Source: a virus
Taxonomy: Duplodnaviria > Caudoviricetes
DNA: 36,905 nt
Direction: 5' to 3' (one strand)
IMG/VR virus record: IMGVR_UViG_3300043451_000089
Span: 1 to 36,905 of that record
Made by a program: the position numbers and the translations under genes. Shown here in pieces: positions 17,606 through 26,157 of the stretch. The number at the start of each line of letters is the position of its first letter. Within the stretch, counting starts at the first letter, position 1. The notes below the pieces were generated by a model. It had not been told where the DNA came from and ran no database searches. It was given only the letters and a program-made list of their open reading frames with translations.

Positions 17606-17968
17606 TCAAAATAAATCTAATTGGATATAAGTTTTTGCGGGTACGGCTACTGGTCTCAATTCCATTTCCAAAATCTCAACCAATCTTTGATAAATTTCAC
17701 CTCGTCCGCTTATTACTTGAATCATCCATGAAACGCCTGATTCATAACATGCGCGTTTGCTATCAAATTGATTTGAGTTTGGTTCGTGCAATGAACAAGC
17801 ATATTCAAATCCTTGACTTTGCCCTCTAAAACCCATTCCATATACCCATTTGCCATTTGGTAATTGAGCTAATTTTATGACTGCTGTATATTTTTTGGAG
17901 CACTTGAATGTGTGATGTGTTGGATTTGTACAAGTTCCGTGCTCATTGAAATGATATTCCTGTTTCAT
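17606..17968 (-). CDS. Hypothetical protein
   Basis: 120 aa coupled to dnaB. It ends in QLDLF, which resembles a clamp-binding motif. Confidence 0.75.
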   Translation of the reverse strand: MKQEYHFNEHGTCTNPTHHTFKCSKKYTAVIKLAQLPNGKWVYGMGFRGQSQGFEYACSLHEPNSNQFDSKRACYESGVSWMIQVISGRGEIYQRLVEILEMELRPVAVPAKTYIQLDLF

Positions 17969-19302
17969 TAAAATTCATCTTTTTTGTGTTCAACATCTTT
18001 GAAAATCGAATAGGCTAAATAGTTCTCGAGCTCTACAATTCCGTCAAATCCCTCCCTATTCTTGGCGATTATGAACTCGCACATATTCCGGGAACTCGAC
18101 CCATTGTCCATTGTCTCTTGTCCGTAATATTCGGGGCGATGCAGAAACGCAACAATGCTCGCATCCTGTTCAATCTCTCCCGATTCTTTGAGGTCTAGCA
18201 ACTTGGGTCGTGAACCCGTCTTTGCACTCTCACGTGAAAGTTGTGCCATTGCCATGACCGGTACTCCAAAATTTTGAGCAAGTAACTTGATGCCGTTTGA
18301 AATGTCGGTGACCTCTTGATACCTGCTATTTGATTTTTTCGGGATGATCTTTTGCAAGTAGTCAATGATGATTAAATCAACATCTACCTTGTTTTGACTC
18401 ATTGATACCTTGTTTGCGATGTCCATTACCATGTGCGAACCTTCATAGATTTCAATGTTGTTCAAAAACTCAGCACCAGATACCATGCTAATTTTTTGCA
18501 ATTCGATTGATGTACAACGTCCGTACTTGATCGCGTTTGAATCCACCTGCGCAAGGTTCGCAATTATCCTGCGCATCATCTGCTCTCGGCTCATTTCTAG
18601 GGCGAAAAAAACGACTTTCTTTCCTTGTCTGGCAAGATTACACGCTGTGGATACTGCGAACGCTGTTTTACCCATCCCAGGACGTGCACCTACTACCATC
18701 ATATCCACCGGTTCAAGTAAAATTTTTGTGTGGAGACTGTTGTATGGCAATTCCAACCCCGTTATTTCTCCGTGTTTTGCTCGCTCATGATTCGCAATAA
18801 GGTCCAAAACAACCTGCTCATTGGTCTTATCATCCACTTGCTTCCGAAATTCAATGCTTTGCATCTTGGAAAGAATCTCATTGTACTTGATGATGGTCAT
18901 GTTTCCCGACTGAACCAAGGAATCAAAAGAATTTCTGAACTGGTATGCCATCTCAATCGCCAAATTCAAATTGAGCTGATCAAAAATGGACGTGATGTAA
19001 ATTCGACTGTCCAAAATGTCATTGTGATTTGTCAACCTTGCAATCTTACCATAAATCCCCTGCTCGTACCATCCGTTTTCTTTGAACTGCATCGATAATT
19101 TAACCAAGTCCAACTCCTCATTTTTTTGAATGAGTTGCCCAATTGCTTTGTAAACGTTTTTTTCGAACCCCGTTTTCATCCATCGTGGATCAATTTGCGA
19201 GTAAGTTCGATAACCGTCTTTTTTTGGAATGGTCAACACATGCCCCAATGCAACCTCCACAAGGTTCATGTTGGCTAATGGGTTTTTCTTCAAATCTTTC
19301 AT
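17968..19302 (-). CDS. dnaB: Replicative DnaB-like helicase
   Basis: GARPGMGKT, FALEM, IIDYLQ, AQLSR, LKESGEIEQDA and IAKNREG. Confidence 0.96.
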   Translation of the reverse strand: MKDLKKNPLANMNLVEVALGHVLTIPKKDGYRTYSQIDPRWMKTGFEKNVYKAIGQLIQKNEELDLVKLSMQFKENGWYEQGIYGKIARLTNHNDILDSRIYITSIFDQLNLNLAIEMAYQFRNSFDSLVQSGNMTIIKYNEILSKMQSIEFRKQVDDKTNEQVVLDLIANHERAKHGEITGLELPYNSLHTKILLEPVDMMVVGARPGMGKTAFAVSTACNLARQGKKVVFFALEMSREQMMRRIIANLAQVDSNAIKYGRCTSIELQKISMVSGAEFLNNIEIYEGSHMVMDIANKVSMSQNKVDVDLIIIDYLQKIIPKKSNSRYQEVTDISNGIKLLAQNFGVPVMAMAQLSRESAKTGSRPKLLDLKESGEIEQDASIVAFLHRPEYYGQETMDNGSSSRNMCEFIIAKNREGFDGIVELENYLAYSIFKDVEHKKDEF

Positions 19303-19994
19303 GCGCGTGGGTTGTATGGTTTGGGTTCGTTGCTTGTTGCCGTGGCGTACATGTCCAATTTGTCAGCGCGTGAGAAAAATTCTAAGGTGCAATATTTGAA
19401 ATTCGACTCCAGGTGGTGTTTTGATTTTGAAGCTGCCACCATTGCTTGTTTTACCATGTCGATTGTGTACCCTTCTTTGAATCGAGCTCGGTATTTGTTT
19501 TTGGCTGAGGTCGAAAACACGGTACATCGTTTTTGGAAAGTAGAATTGAAATGAGCAAGAATCGATTGAAAATCGACATTACTATTATTAATATCATTTA
19601 CATTAACATTAACATTATCATTAACAGCCATTTTTGCCATCGCTTGCCATTCTTTGCTATCGTTTGCCATCGTTTGTATGCGATTGCTATCCTTTGTGTG
19701 CGATTGTATGCGATTGCTATCATTTTCCATTTTTTGCCATCTTTTCTCGGCTCCAATTTTACCCGCAATGCTACGTCTTTCCTTGGTTTGCTCGAATTTG
19801 CGCAAATCCCTTTTGAGTTGATGTTTGATAGGCTCAAATGCAATTTCTACCAATAAATTGTCGCAAACTGGGTCTTGATCGTTCACGTAACGCATCAAAT
19901 GTTTGAATAATTGCCCCGCGTTTTCATCCGATAATCGCTCAATCGTATGAATTAAATCGCTGTAAAGGATGAAAGAATTTTTGTCTTTTGCCAT
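19299..19994 (-). CDS. Replication initiator (DUF6291-like N-terminus, phage replisome-organizer-like C-terminus)
   Basis: KNSFILY, LSDENAGQLFK, RSIAGKIG...RW and an NVNVNVN linker. It lies directly upstream of dnaB and contains iterons. Confidence 0.85.
   Translation of the reverse strand: MAKDKNSFILYSDLIHTIERLSDENAGQLFKHLMRYVNDQDPVCDNLLVEIAFEPIKHQLKRDLRKFEQTKERRSIAGKIGAEKRWQKMENDSNRIQSHTKDSNRIQTMANDSKEWQAMAKMAVNDNVNVNVNDINNSNVDFQSILAHFNSTFQKRCTVFSTSAKNKYRARFKEGYTIDMVKQAMVAASKSKHHLESNFKYCTLEFFSRADKLDMYATATSNEPKPYNPRA
19581..19740. repeat. Putative replication origin: 11 tandem 10-bp iterons plus an AT-rich tract
   Basis: 19631-19740 reads tttttgccat cgcttgccat tctttgctat cgtttgccat cgtttgtatg cgattgctat cctttgtgtg cgattgtatg cgattgctat cattttccat tttttgccat. 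The tract 19581-19625 is AT-rich. Confidence 0.8.
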
Positions 19995-19998
19995 TTTA

Positions 19999-20087
19999 CT
20001 GCATTAAAATGAAAAGTCCCTACGAATGGTCGTGATGCAGCACTTCCACCCATAAGGACTCCAATATTTTTCGTTTTGACCCTGCAT
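19999..20087 (-). ncRNA. C4/CI-like structured antisense leader of the replication operon
   Basis: A 15-bp stem AGTCCTTATGGGTGG/CCATTCGTAGGGACT (20060-20015) presents CTGCAT in a sub-loop. Complementary ATGCAG sites lie at 20087-20082 and 20004-19999. Confidence 0.75.
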
Positions 20088-20095
20088 GATCGTTG

Positions 20096-20120
20096 CAAAT
20101 ATAAAAAGAAAATCTAATTA
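20096..20120 (-). promoter_or_regulatory. Replication-operon promoter (-7 TATATTTG) with an operator half-site
   Basis: TATATTTG at 20103-20096. The half-site TAATTAGAT (20120-20112) is identical to the one at 26665-26657. No clear -33 element. Confidence 0.65.
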
Positions 20121-20402
20121 TATGGCACTTTTGAACACTTTACATTCGTCACCATTGATGTTTTCTATTCTAAAATCGAAATTGTCAACGAATTTTTGGT
20201 GATAAATGCATTTTACCAATGGGCCTTTCATTTCCCCGTTTTCGACCCCAGACGAAAATTCATCAATCACTCGATTGAGTATCGGCTTGATGCAATTCGC
20301 ATCTGTTGCCTCGAATTGAATAGTGAAAATTCGCTTTTTCGGCTCTGGCAATCCGTCCCTGAATTTTGCTTTCATGAGTGTCATAGTTTTTTCATTAAAC
20401 AT
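20118..20402 (-). CDS. Hypothetical protein (start uncertain)
   Basis: Up to 94 aa with several possible ATGs. Confidence 0.65.
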   Translation of the reverse strand: MFNEKTMTLMKAKFRDGLPEPKKRIFTIQFEATDANCIKPILNRVIDEFSSGVENGEMKGPLVKCIYHQKFVDNFDFRIENINGDECKVFKSAI

Positions 20403-20809
20403 TTCATGTAAACAATCATGTCATACATCTCCTCGATGGCGTGTTGTGCCCATTCTTTTGGGGTAAGGTTCGCTTCATCTACACTTACACCATACTTTTC
20501 ACGTCCGAGTTGTTCACGTGCGGTTAAATCGGCTCTAATTGAATCGTAAACGCTGGCATCTGATTCCGTGTTTTCGACCTCCTCTTTGTATTGGAGTAGA
20601 AGGTCAAATCTGTTAATGTATGATAAATATTTACCATCTTTAGGATATGAATAAATTTTTCCATCTATTACACATCTTAAAGGCTGGTCAGTGCATCCAA
20701 AATTAATTAGTTGAGTTACTTCATCACCATCACGAGTTACAACCTTATATTTATAACGATTGTTGTTGTACTTTTCCCAATCAAATGGGATTGTTTTTAT
20801 CTTTTTCAT
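20381..20809 (-). CDS. Two-domain protein: VVTRDG phage domain plus an all-alpha NTP-pyrophosphatase (MazG-like) C-terminus
   Basis: C-terminal R...GREKYG......L...EWAQHAIEEMYDMIVY with the EExxD motif. Start set at the ATG at 20809. Confidence 0.6.
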   Translation of the reverse strand: MKKIKTIPFDWEKYNNNRYKYKVVTRDGDEVTQLINFGCTDQPLRCVIDGKIYSYPKDGKYLSYINRFDLLLQYKEEVENTESDASVYDSIRADLTAREQLGREKYGVSVDEANLTPKEWAQHAIEEMYDMIVYMKCLMKKL

Positions 20810-20810
20810 T

Positions 20811-21020
20811 TTACTGTTGTTTTTCAAATTCTTTTAATAGTTTATCAGCCATTTCAACTGATGCTTTTACAATTCCATCCATAGATTGATCCCACCCATT
20901 ACTTGCACAAATACCTTGCATTGCCAATGCTGCAAAATACTCTCGTTTATTTACACCTTTTGTATAACCGGTTGTGGGAAATGCTGGTTCTTCCCAATCT
21001 TCACAATGTTTCTTTTCCAT
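20811..21020 (-). CDS. Conserved small phage protein (PAFP...REYFAALAMQG family)
   Basis: Contains the PAFP / KREYFAALAMQG / ASVEMADKLL pattern. Confidence 0.8.
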   Translation of the reverse strand: MEKKHCEDWEEPAFPTTGYTKGVNKREYFAALAMQGICASNGWDQSMDGIVKASVEMADKLLKEFEKQQ

Positions 21021-21043
21021 ATTTATTTAGTTTTTAATTATCA

Positions 21044-21074
21044 TAATAGTTGCGTATATTCAGTTGTTATGCGC
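21044..21074 (-). repeat. Half attC-like site (R'' plus one arm)
   Basis: GCGCATAAC-AACTG-AATATACGCAACTATTA begins 5 nt after the stop of 21080..21340. The complementary arm is not found. Confidence 0.45.
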
Positions 21075-21079
21075 AAGCC

Positions 21080-21340
21080 TTAACCGAGCAACGAAATGAT
21101 AGCATCTTGCAACATAGCGTCATCTCCGTTATTACTTCGAGCCTTTTGAATTAACTTAATTGCTTTATCAATCTTCTCGTTTTGCAGTTGATACCCGTCA
21201 TAGTAACCATACTGATATACTTTAGGTTCTCCGTAAAACTCCGATTTTTCAATCATTTTTAGTCTTACTGAATCAGGCCAGCGTATAACAGCCGTTTGCT
21301 GCAATGGCGGGTTTTGTGGTGAATTGTTAGTTTCTTGCAT
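21080..21340 (-). CDS. Hypothetical cassette-like protein whose N-terminus is encoded by the attC-like site
   Basis: 86 aa. The ATG and NPPLQQTAVI lie inside the palindrome 21281-21415. Confidence 0.7.
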   Translation of the reverse strand: MQETNNSPQNPPLQQTAVIRWPDSVRLKMIEKSEFYGEPKVYQYGYYDGYQLQNEKIDKAIKLIQKARSNNGDDAMLQDAIISLLG

Positions 21341-21415
21341 TTTATTAAATTTAGTTGTTAAACGAATGTCAGTGCATTTAAGCCGCCACTGACAGCAAGC
21401 GGCAAACCGTTATGC
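21281..21415 (-). mobile_element. attC-like recombination site (integron-cassette type)
   Basis: Minus strand GCATAAC-GGTTT-GCCGCTTGCTG-T-CAGTGGCGG ... CCGCCATTG-CAGCAAACGGC-T-GTTATAC. It has AAC/GTT ends, ~20-bp arms and one extrahelical base. Confidence 0.7.
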
Positions 21416-21421
21416 CCAATG

Positions 21422-21508
21422 CTAAGGCGGAAACTTCCAATTGTTCGCATCTACTTTAGGATTAAGGATAAAAGCATACTTGTCTGTGTAAACGATTTCT
21501 TTTTTCAT
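21422..21508 (-). CDS. 28-aa ORF (possibly a truncated gene)
   Basis: MKKEIVYTDKYAFILNPKVDANNWKFPP*; starts 3 nt after the exonuclease stop and ends 6 nt before the attC-like site. Confidence 0.45.
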   Translation of the reverse strand: MKKEIVYTDKYAFILNPKVDANNWKFPP

Positions 21509-21511
21509 AGT

Positions 21512-22081
21512 TTATACTTTAAAAATTCCTCTTTGGTACAACTCAAACACGATTTCTGCCTCGTGCATGGCATCATCAGCACCTCTATGAGCTTCTTCAT
21601 ACCCGGTATCTCCAAAGAAAAACTGATATGCCTCTGGTACCTTGGGCCATTTGTAGCCAAAACCTCTTGGAGATGGCATCTTAACTATGTCAGTCGAAAG
21701 AATCATTGGACATGCCAACTTTTTGGGAAATTTAAATCCTCGATTTTCTAAGAATCCAAAATCAAAAACGTTGTTGAATGCCGTAGCTCCGTCTGGGTAC
21801 ATATTGATCACGTTTTGGACGTCATCAAACATGTTTTTTAAGTTGGTCGAAAACCTGATATCACTACTTTTCAAGGTACTGTTACTGACTATCCAAGACG
21901 TTACAATTTCCTCGTTTGTGATTCCGTCCTCATGGCAAACACGGTCAAAAACAATCTCCCTTTCACCATTGCTTAGGTCCAATTCAACCATTCCGATTTC
22001 GACAATTTTACCTCCTGTTTGGAGAAACCCAGTTGTCTCGATGTCGATTATCAAAATTTTGGGTGGGGTTTGACTTTTCAT
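21512..22081 (-). CDS. DEDDh 3'-5' exonuclease (DnaQ-like)
   Basis: IDIETTG, AFNNVFDFGFL and AHRGADDA. Confidence 0.92.
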   Translation of the reverse strand: MKSQTPPKILIIDIETTGFLQTGGKIVEIGMVELDLSNGEREIVFDRVCHEDGITNEEIVTSWIVSNSTLKSSDIRFSTNLKNMFDDVQNVINMYPDGATAFNNVFDFGFLENRGFKFPKKLACPMILSTDIVKMPSPRGFGYKWPKVPEAYQFFFGDTGYEEAHRGADDAMHEAEIVFELYQRGIFKV

Positions 22082-22435
22082 TTATTTGGTTTTTATGATT
22101 TCTAATTTTTCCATTGTTGCTTTTTTCTTTCGTATCAATTCTGTGATTTCGGGCAACATCCAAAATCCGAACTCCGTTAACTCCTTTGAAAATTCATCAA
22201 GTCGCTTTGTCATCTCGGGAACAATATCACCTGGAGTGTTCCAAAGGTCATTGATTTGCTTTCCATGCTGTTTCAAAATTACTTCGACCGTCTTTTTGAG
22301 GTGCATCTTGGTTTGCTTGCTATTGAACCATTTGATGTGTTCGGTCTCGTCCACGGCATAGATTGAAGCTTGTAACCACATTACCGCGTTTATGACCCTC
22401 AAATCATCCAACTGCTTTTCTGTAATCGCTTTCAT
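22082..22435 (-). CDS. Hypothetical protein
   Basis: 117 aa, coupled to both neighbours. Confidence 0.75.
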   Translation of the reverse strand: MKAITEKQLDDLRVINAVMWLQASIYAVDETEHIKWFNSKQTKMHLKKTVEVILKQHGKQINDLWNTPGDIVPEMTKRLDEFSKELTEFGFWMLPEITELIRKKKATMEKLEIIKTK

Positions 22436-22536
22436 CTCTCTAACATTTCATTAAGGTCCGTTCCTGCTTTCAAAATCACATAGGCAACAAATAAACCGAT
22501 GGCCACCTTGGCCACCAGTTTAACGAGATAAATCAT
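22432..22536 (-). CDS. 34-aa single-TM peptide
   Basis: MIYLVKLVAKVAIGLFVAYVILKAGTDLNEMLER*; fills the gap exactly, with an ATGA overlap downstream. Confidence 0.6.
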   Translation of the reverse strand: MIYLVKLVAKVAIGLFVAYVILKAGTDLNEMLER

Positions 22537-22537
22537 T

Positions 22538-22981
22538 TCAGTTTTCATGATCTAATACTACCATTTGAATTATTGTTCCTGTTACCTTGCATGCTCCAGT
22601 CCAATCGGTCACGCAACAATCTCCGTCAACGTCAACCAATACATAGTCTGAATACTCGTCACGCTCAGAAACACGGCTGATAAATTTAACCTCTGCACCA
22701 TGCATCTTTAATCGTAGATATGTCTTTTTTTCAAACCTTGAAATGTTGAAATCAATCTCCTTTACTTTTGTTGGAGAAGTTGGAGAAATGATGTTTGCAA
22801 CCCCGTTCAAATTCTCGAATGATACTTCTGTACCTTCCGCAATTGGCAACCATACATCTTTAAAATGTTCTTGGCCATCTACCATGTCCACAAACTCTTT
22901 TGTTAGTACCATCAATAAACCATTGCTACGTCTTGCGATGATTCCTTTACTAGGATAACTCTTTTTCTTGATCTGATTCAT
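22538..22981 (-). CDS. Hypothetical protein
   Basis: 147 aa with a long A-rich leader. Confidence 0.75.
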   Translation of the reverse strand: MNQIKKKSYPSKGIIARRSNGLLMVLTKEFVDMVDGQEHFKDVWLPIAEGTEVSFENLNGVANIISPTSPTKVKEIDFNISRFEKKTYLRLKMHGAEVKFISRVSERDEYSDYVLVDVDGDCCVTDWTGACKVTGTIIQMVVLDHEN

Positions 22982-23075
22982 TTTCTTTATTGTTTAATTG
23001 TTTGACTTTTGCTTCTAAAACGCGGGAGTAATGCTCATAATTGAAATGACCTCCATTCTCCCAAAATTTAATCAT
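22950..23075 (-). CDS. 41-aa hypothetical protein
   Basis: MIKFWENGGHFNYEHYSRVLEAKVKQLNNKENESDQEKELS* (manual translation). Confidence 0.5.
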   Translation of the reverse strand: MIKFWENGGHFNYEHYSRVLEAKVKQLNNKENESDQEKELS

Positions 23076-23080
23076 GTCGA

Positions 23081-23236
23081 TTAACATAACTGAATGGATT
23101 TGATTAGTGATTCATGCTTATTCAATTTCCATTTGGCGTTGGTCTGGTCCGTGGCCTCGATGTGAACCCCACGCACAACACTTTTTTTGAATGTCTTTGG
23201 GTCCAGCTCCCAGTATTCGATGTAAAACTTTTTCAT
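23081..23236 (-). CDS. 51-aa early hypothetical protein
   Basis: MKKFYIEYWELDPKTFKKSVVRGVHIEATDQTNAKWKLNKHESLIKSIQLC*; first ORF after promoter 23255-23284. Confidence 0.65.
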   Translation of the reverse strand: MKKFYIEYWELDPKTFKKSVVRGVHIEATDQTNAKWKLNKHESLIKSIQLC

Positions 23237-23254
23237 AGATTGACTTATTTTTGA

Positions 23255-23284
23255 CAAATATATAATAAATTAAACTTATTACAA
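23255..23284 (-). promoter_or_regulatory. Early promoter with a palindromic operator filling the spacer (23263-23281)
   Basis: TTG-[TAATAAGTT-T-AATTTATTA]-TATATTTG. Confidence 0.88.
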
Positions 23285-23301
23285 CAAAAGAAGAAAAAAA
23301 A

Positions 23302-24432
23302 TTATAGTTGAGACATCCACTTATTAATTATAGGGTCATTTTTTTTCAATTTATTCTTTTCAAGTATTTGATCTTTTGAGTAATTAAACTCATTGTCTCT
23401 TGCCCATGTAATAGCACCTTCCCAGTCACATAAAAGAATACGTTTCACCATGTATTTACATGCTCCAACATCATCAGTATCTCCAAATCTTGACCATTGA
23501 TATTTGAATAATTTACTTAGATCTGGATGAATACTACCCAATAAGAAATCTTTGTATTCTTTCCATGTTTTGAATGATTCTGGAAGATTTTTAATTGAGT
23601 AAATTAAATTCTCTTTACCATAAATAGCTGCCGTGTGAACACCTTTTAAACGCTCTTCTAATTTATTGTATGTGTCAGGTTCCAATTCCTGCAAATCTGT
23701 TAAGCATCGAAATGCTTTTTCATGAACCAAATTTGATACGCGCATTGTTCTAATGTCATGTCCAAGCATGTACATTTTATCATAAACATTGTTGTATTTA
23801 AAACTACCTTCAATAAGATATTTCCAAACATCTTTGTACCTCCAATCAATAATGGGATAGGCTCTATGTGGTTCGTTTTTTCTTCGCAGCCAAAACATTT
23901 CTGAATCTTCTCCAAACATTACAAATCTGCGATCTGGAGACTCTTCTGCACGTAATCCAATAATTGATATACTGCGACCATCCATCTTGCGTAGATTTTG
24001 ACCCACCCATAAATTGAATTTGTGAAATCGTTTTGGATACTTATTTTCGATTGAATGAATAGCTACTGGATGCTTTTCTCTTACCCACTTTTCATTCTCG
24101 CCCCATGCCCATAAAAATAATTGTTGGTGACTTGCTGCGTTTGTCATGAAAATTGGTACTTGATACCACAATGGAATTACATTTGGTTGTGTCATTACCC
24201 ATTCAATTAAATCAATTGTACCTTGATACTCCGCTTCTTGATCTTGGAAATAAACAATAAATTTTCGGTCACGTTTTTTCGCCTCCTCATTCATCAAATG
24301 GAATAAAACTGTGCTATCCTTACCTCCAGAGAAAGAAAGTTGAATATTGTCGTAATTATCAAATAAATACTCAATTCGTTTTTGGGTAGCCAACAAGACA
24401 TTTTCTACCCCTCTTACTGCTGTTCTTGCCAT
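23302..24432 (-). CDS. PAPS-reductase-family PP-loop protein (IbrA/YbdN-like, DUF3440-type)
   Basis: SFSGGKDS, DQEAEY, IGLRAEES..R, YPIIDW...DVWKY and MRVSNL. Confidence 0.9.
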   Translation of the reverse strand: MARTAVRGVENVLLATQKRIEYLFDNYDNIQLSFSGGKDSTVLFHLMNEEAKKRDRKFIVYFQDQEAEYQGTIDLIEWVMTQPNVIPLWYQVPIFMTNAASHQQLFLWAWGENEKWVREKHPVAIHSIENKYPKRFHKFNLWVGQNLRKMDGRSISIIGLRAEESPDRRFVMFGEDSEMFWLRRKNEPHRAYPIIDWRYKDVWKYLIEGSFKYNNVYDKMYMLGHDIRTMRVSNLVHEKAFRCLTDLQELEPDTYNKLEERLKGVHTAAIYGKENLIYSIKNLPESFKTWKEYKDFLLGSIHPDLSKLFKYQWSRFGDTDDVGACKYMVKRILLCDWEGAITWARDNEFNYSKDQILEKNKLKKNDPIINKWMSQL

Positions 24433-24436
24433 GGTA

Positions 24437-24979
24437 TTAAATTTCTTCTTTTATATCTTCTCCTGCCTCTTTAATTTGCCTTTCAATTGAATATGGCACG
24501 CCCATTATTTCAGATGCAATTCCTTTAATTCCAATCAATCGTTGCACCTCTTCCAATGTCATTCCTAATTCTTTCATAATTCTAATTTCATCCCATCCCT
24601 GTTTTAGCATTCCAACTAAAGATGCCTGTAATTCAACCTCATGTTTACCTCTTGCGCGATTGTGACGAATCGTAGATGCCATCCTATCGCTAATATCTTT
24701 TTTAATTACAGATACTGGAAGCATTCCATTTTCACGATCATAAATTGATTTGTATTGGCACATAATTGTGTATCTGTGAAATCCATCTACAATAATATAC
24801 TTGTCTCTTTCATCATCATAAAAACAAACGATTGGCATTGTGTAACCATCACATTTGATTGATTGATATAACAATTCCATTTCACGTTTTGCAACATGAT
24901 TTGGATTGTAATCATTTGCCTCGATTTTCTCAATAGGCACAGCGATTACGCTGTAAACTGGACTTTTAAAATTGCTCAT
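24437..24979 (-). CDS. ParB/Srx-domain protein (IbrB/YbdM-like)
   Basis: ANDYNPN, DGYTMPIV, IVDGFHRY and MASTIRHNRARGKH. Start set at the ATG at 24979 (ATGA overlap with the upstream stop). Confidence 0.92.
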   Translation of the reverse strand: MSNFKSPVYSVIAVPIEKIEANDYNPNHVAKREMELLYQSIKCDGYTMPIVCFYDDERDKYIIVDGFHRYTIMCQYKSIYDRENGMLPVSVIKKDISDRMASTIRHNRARGKHEVELQASLVGMLKQGWDEIRIMKELGMTLEEVQRLIGIKGIASEIMGVPYSIERQIKEAGEDIKEEI

Positions 24980-26157
24980 AACTCTTTTTTGATTTGATTT
25001 ATACTTTTTTGTTTTAAATATTCTACCATGTCGCATTTTTTATCAATGTTTTTATTGATCATTGATTCAAGACCCACATCTCCAGTTAGGTCATAGTACA
25101 TGCAATCTTCTTTTTGACCAGTGCGAAATGTACGCCTTGTCGCTTGAATACGCAATGAGTAATCCCATATTTTATCAAAAAATACAGTCACTTTATATTG
25201 CTGTAAATTCAATCCAAAACTATCTTTTTGATACGACAAAACACGTATTCCATTGAATTGATTGGCAACTTCTTTATTGCTGGATATGTACTTAGTAAAT
25301 ACAATTACATTTTCAATTCCATGAATTTTGACAATCTTGTCAAGTATGAAGAATTTAGTTGGTGAGCAACAATAGATATGCTGCATTTTTTGAGTGAGCT
25401 CTAAAAAAATGTTATTAGTTAAAAATTGCATTTTGCTATCATCAAGATATTTTGATTTCAACTCATTGTATTGAGATTTTATATCATCCTGAATTGAATA
25501 ATCTAGATTTACCCATTGTTGTTTTATCTGTAATTTCAAATCAGACTCATATACATAATGGCAAATTAATGAATACAAATAATCAATGTTATGATACTTT
25601 TTTATAAATTCCTTAGTGACAATACCGCTCTTTTTTATTTTGATGTATTCGCAAAATGTATTCTTAAATTCAGCCATACTCATATTTAAAATGAGCGGAG
25701 ATAAAAACTCCATTTGCGCCCAAACGTCCAAAATATTTCGAGATATTGGAGTGCCATTTAGAATCAATTTGTACTCAGCCAACTTACCCAATTCAATAAT
25801 TCTTTTTGTTCTTTTTGCTTCCCAATTTTTGATTTTCAGGGACTCGTCCACGACTACAAATGGGGATTTTGATGACTTTAAATTATTTATCAAATTCAAG
25901 AATAAAACATCAGATGACGATAAAGATTCTATTCCATGGACATGAACGTTATGCACTCCCCATTTGCTTAATTCATCTTTCAAATTATTTTGCGTTTGAA
26001 AAGGTGTGAGCCACAAAATGTAGTCAGTATCTGTTGACAAAATCAATTCAATAGCTGTTCGTGTTTTACCCGTGCCAGGTTCCATAAATAACGCCCCAAT
26101 TTTGAACTTTCTCAACTTTTGGATAGCTGACATCTGATCATCTAATAAGTTCGTCAT
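24976..26157 (-). CDS. SNF2-like superfamily-2 ATPase/helicase
   Basis: MEPGTGKT, VVVDES, LNGTP, FGLNLQ and QATRRTFRTGQ. Confidence 0.9.
   Translation of the reverse strand: MTNLLDDQMSAIQKLRKFKIGALFMEPGTGKTRTAIELILSTDTDYILWLTPFQTQNNLKDELSKWGVHNVHVHGIESLSSSDVLFLNLINNLKSSKSPFVVVDESLKIKNWEAKRTKRIIELGKLAEYKLILNGTPISRNILDVWAQMEFLSPLILNMSMAEFKNTFCEYIKIKKSGIVTKEFIKKYHNIDYLYSLICHYVYESDLKLQIKQQWVNLDYSIQDDIKSQYNELKSKYLDDSKMQFLTNNIFLELTQKMQHIYCCSPTKFFILDKIVKIHGIENVIVFTKYISSNKEVANQFNGIRVLSYQKDSFGLNLQQYKVTVFFDKIWDYSLRIQATRRTFRTGQKEDCMYYDLTGDVGLESMINKNIDKKCDMVEYLKQKSINQIKKEL

Noticed and set aside
19631-19740. CRISPR array
   Set aside because: These are contiguous degenerate 10-mers without spacers, inside a CDS. 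No cas genes are present.
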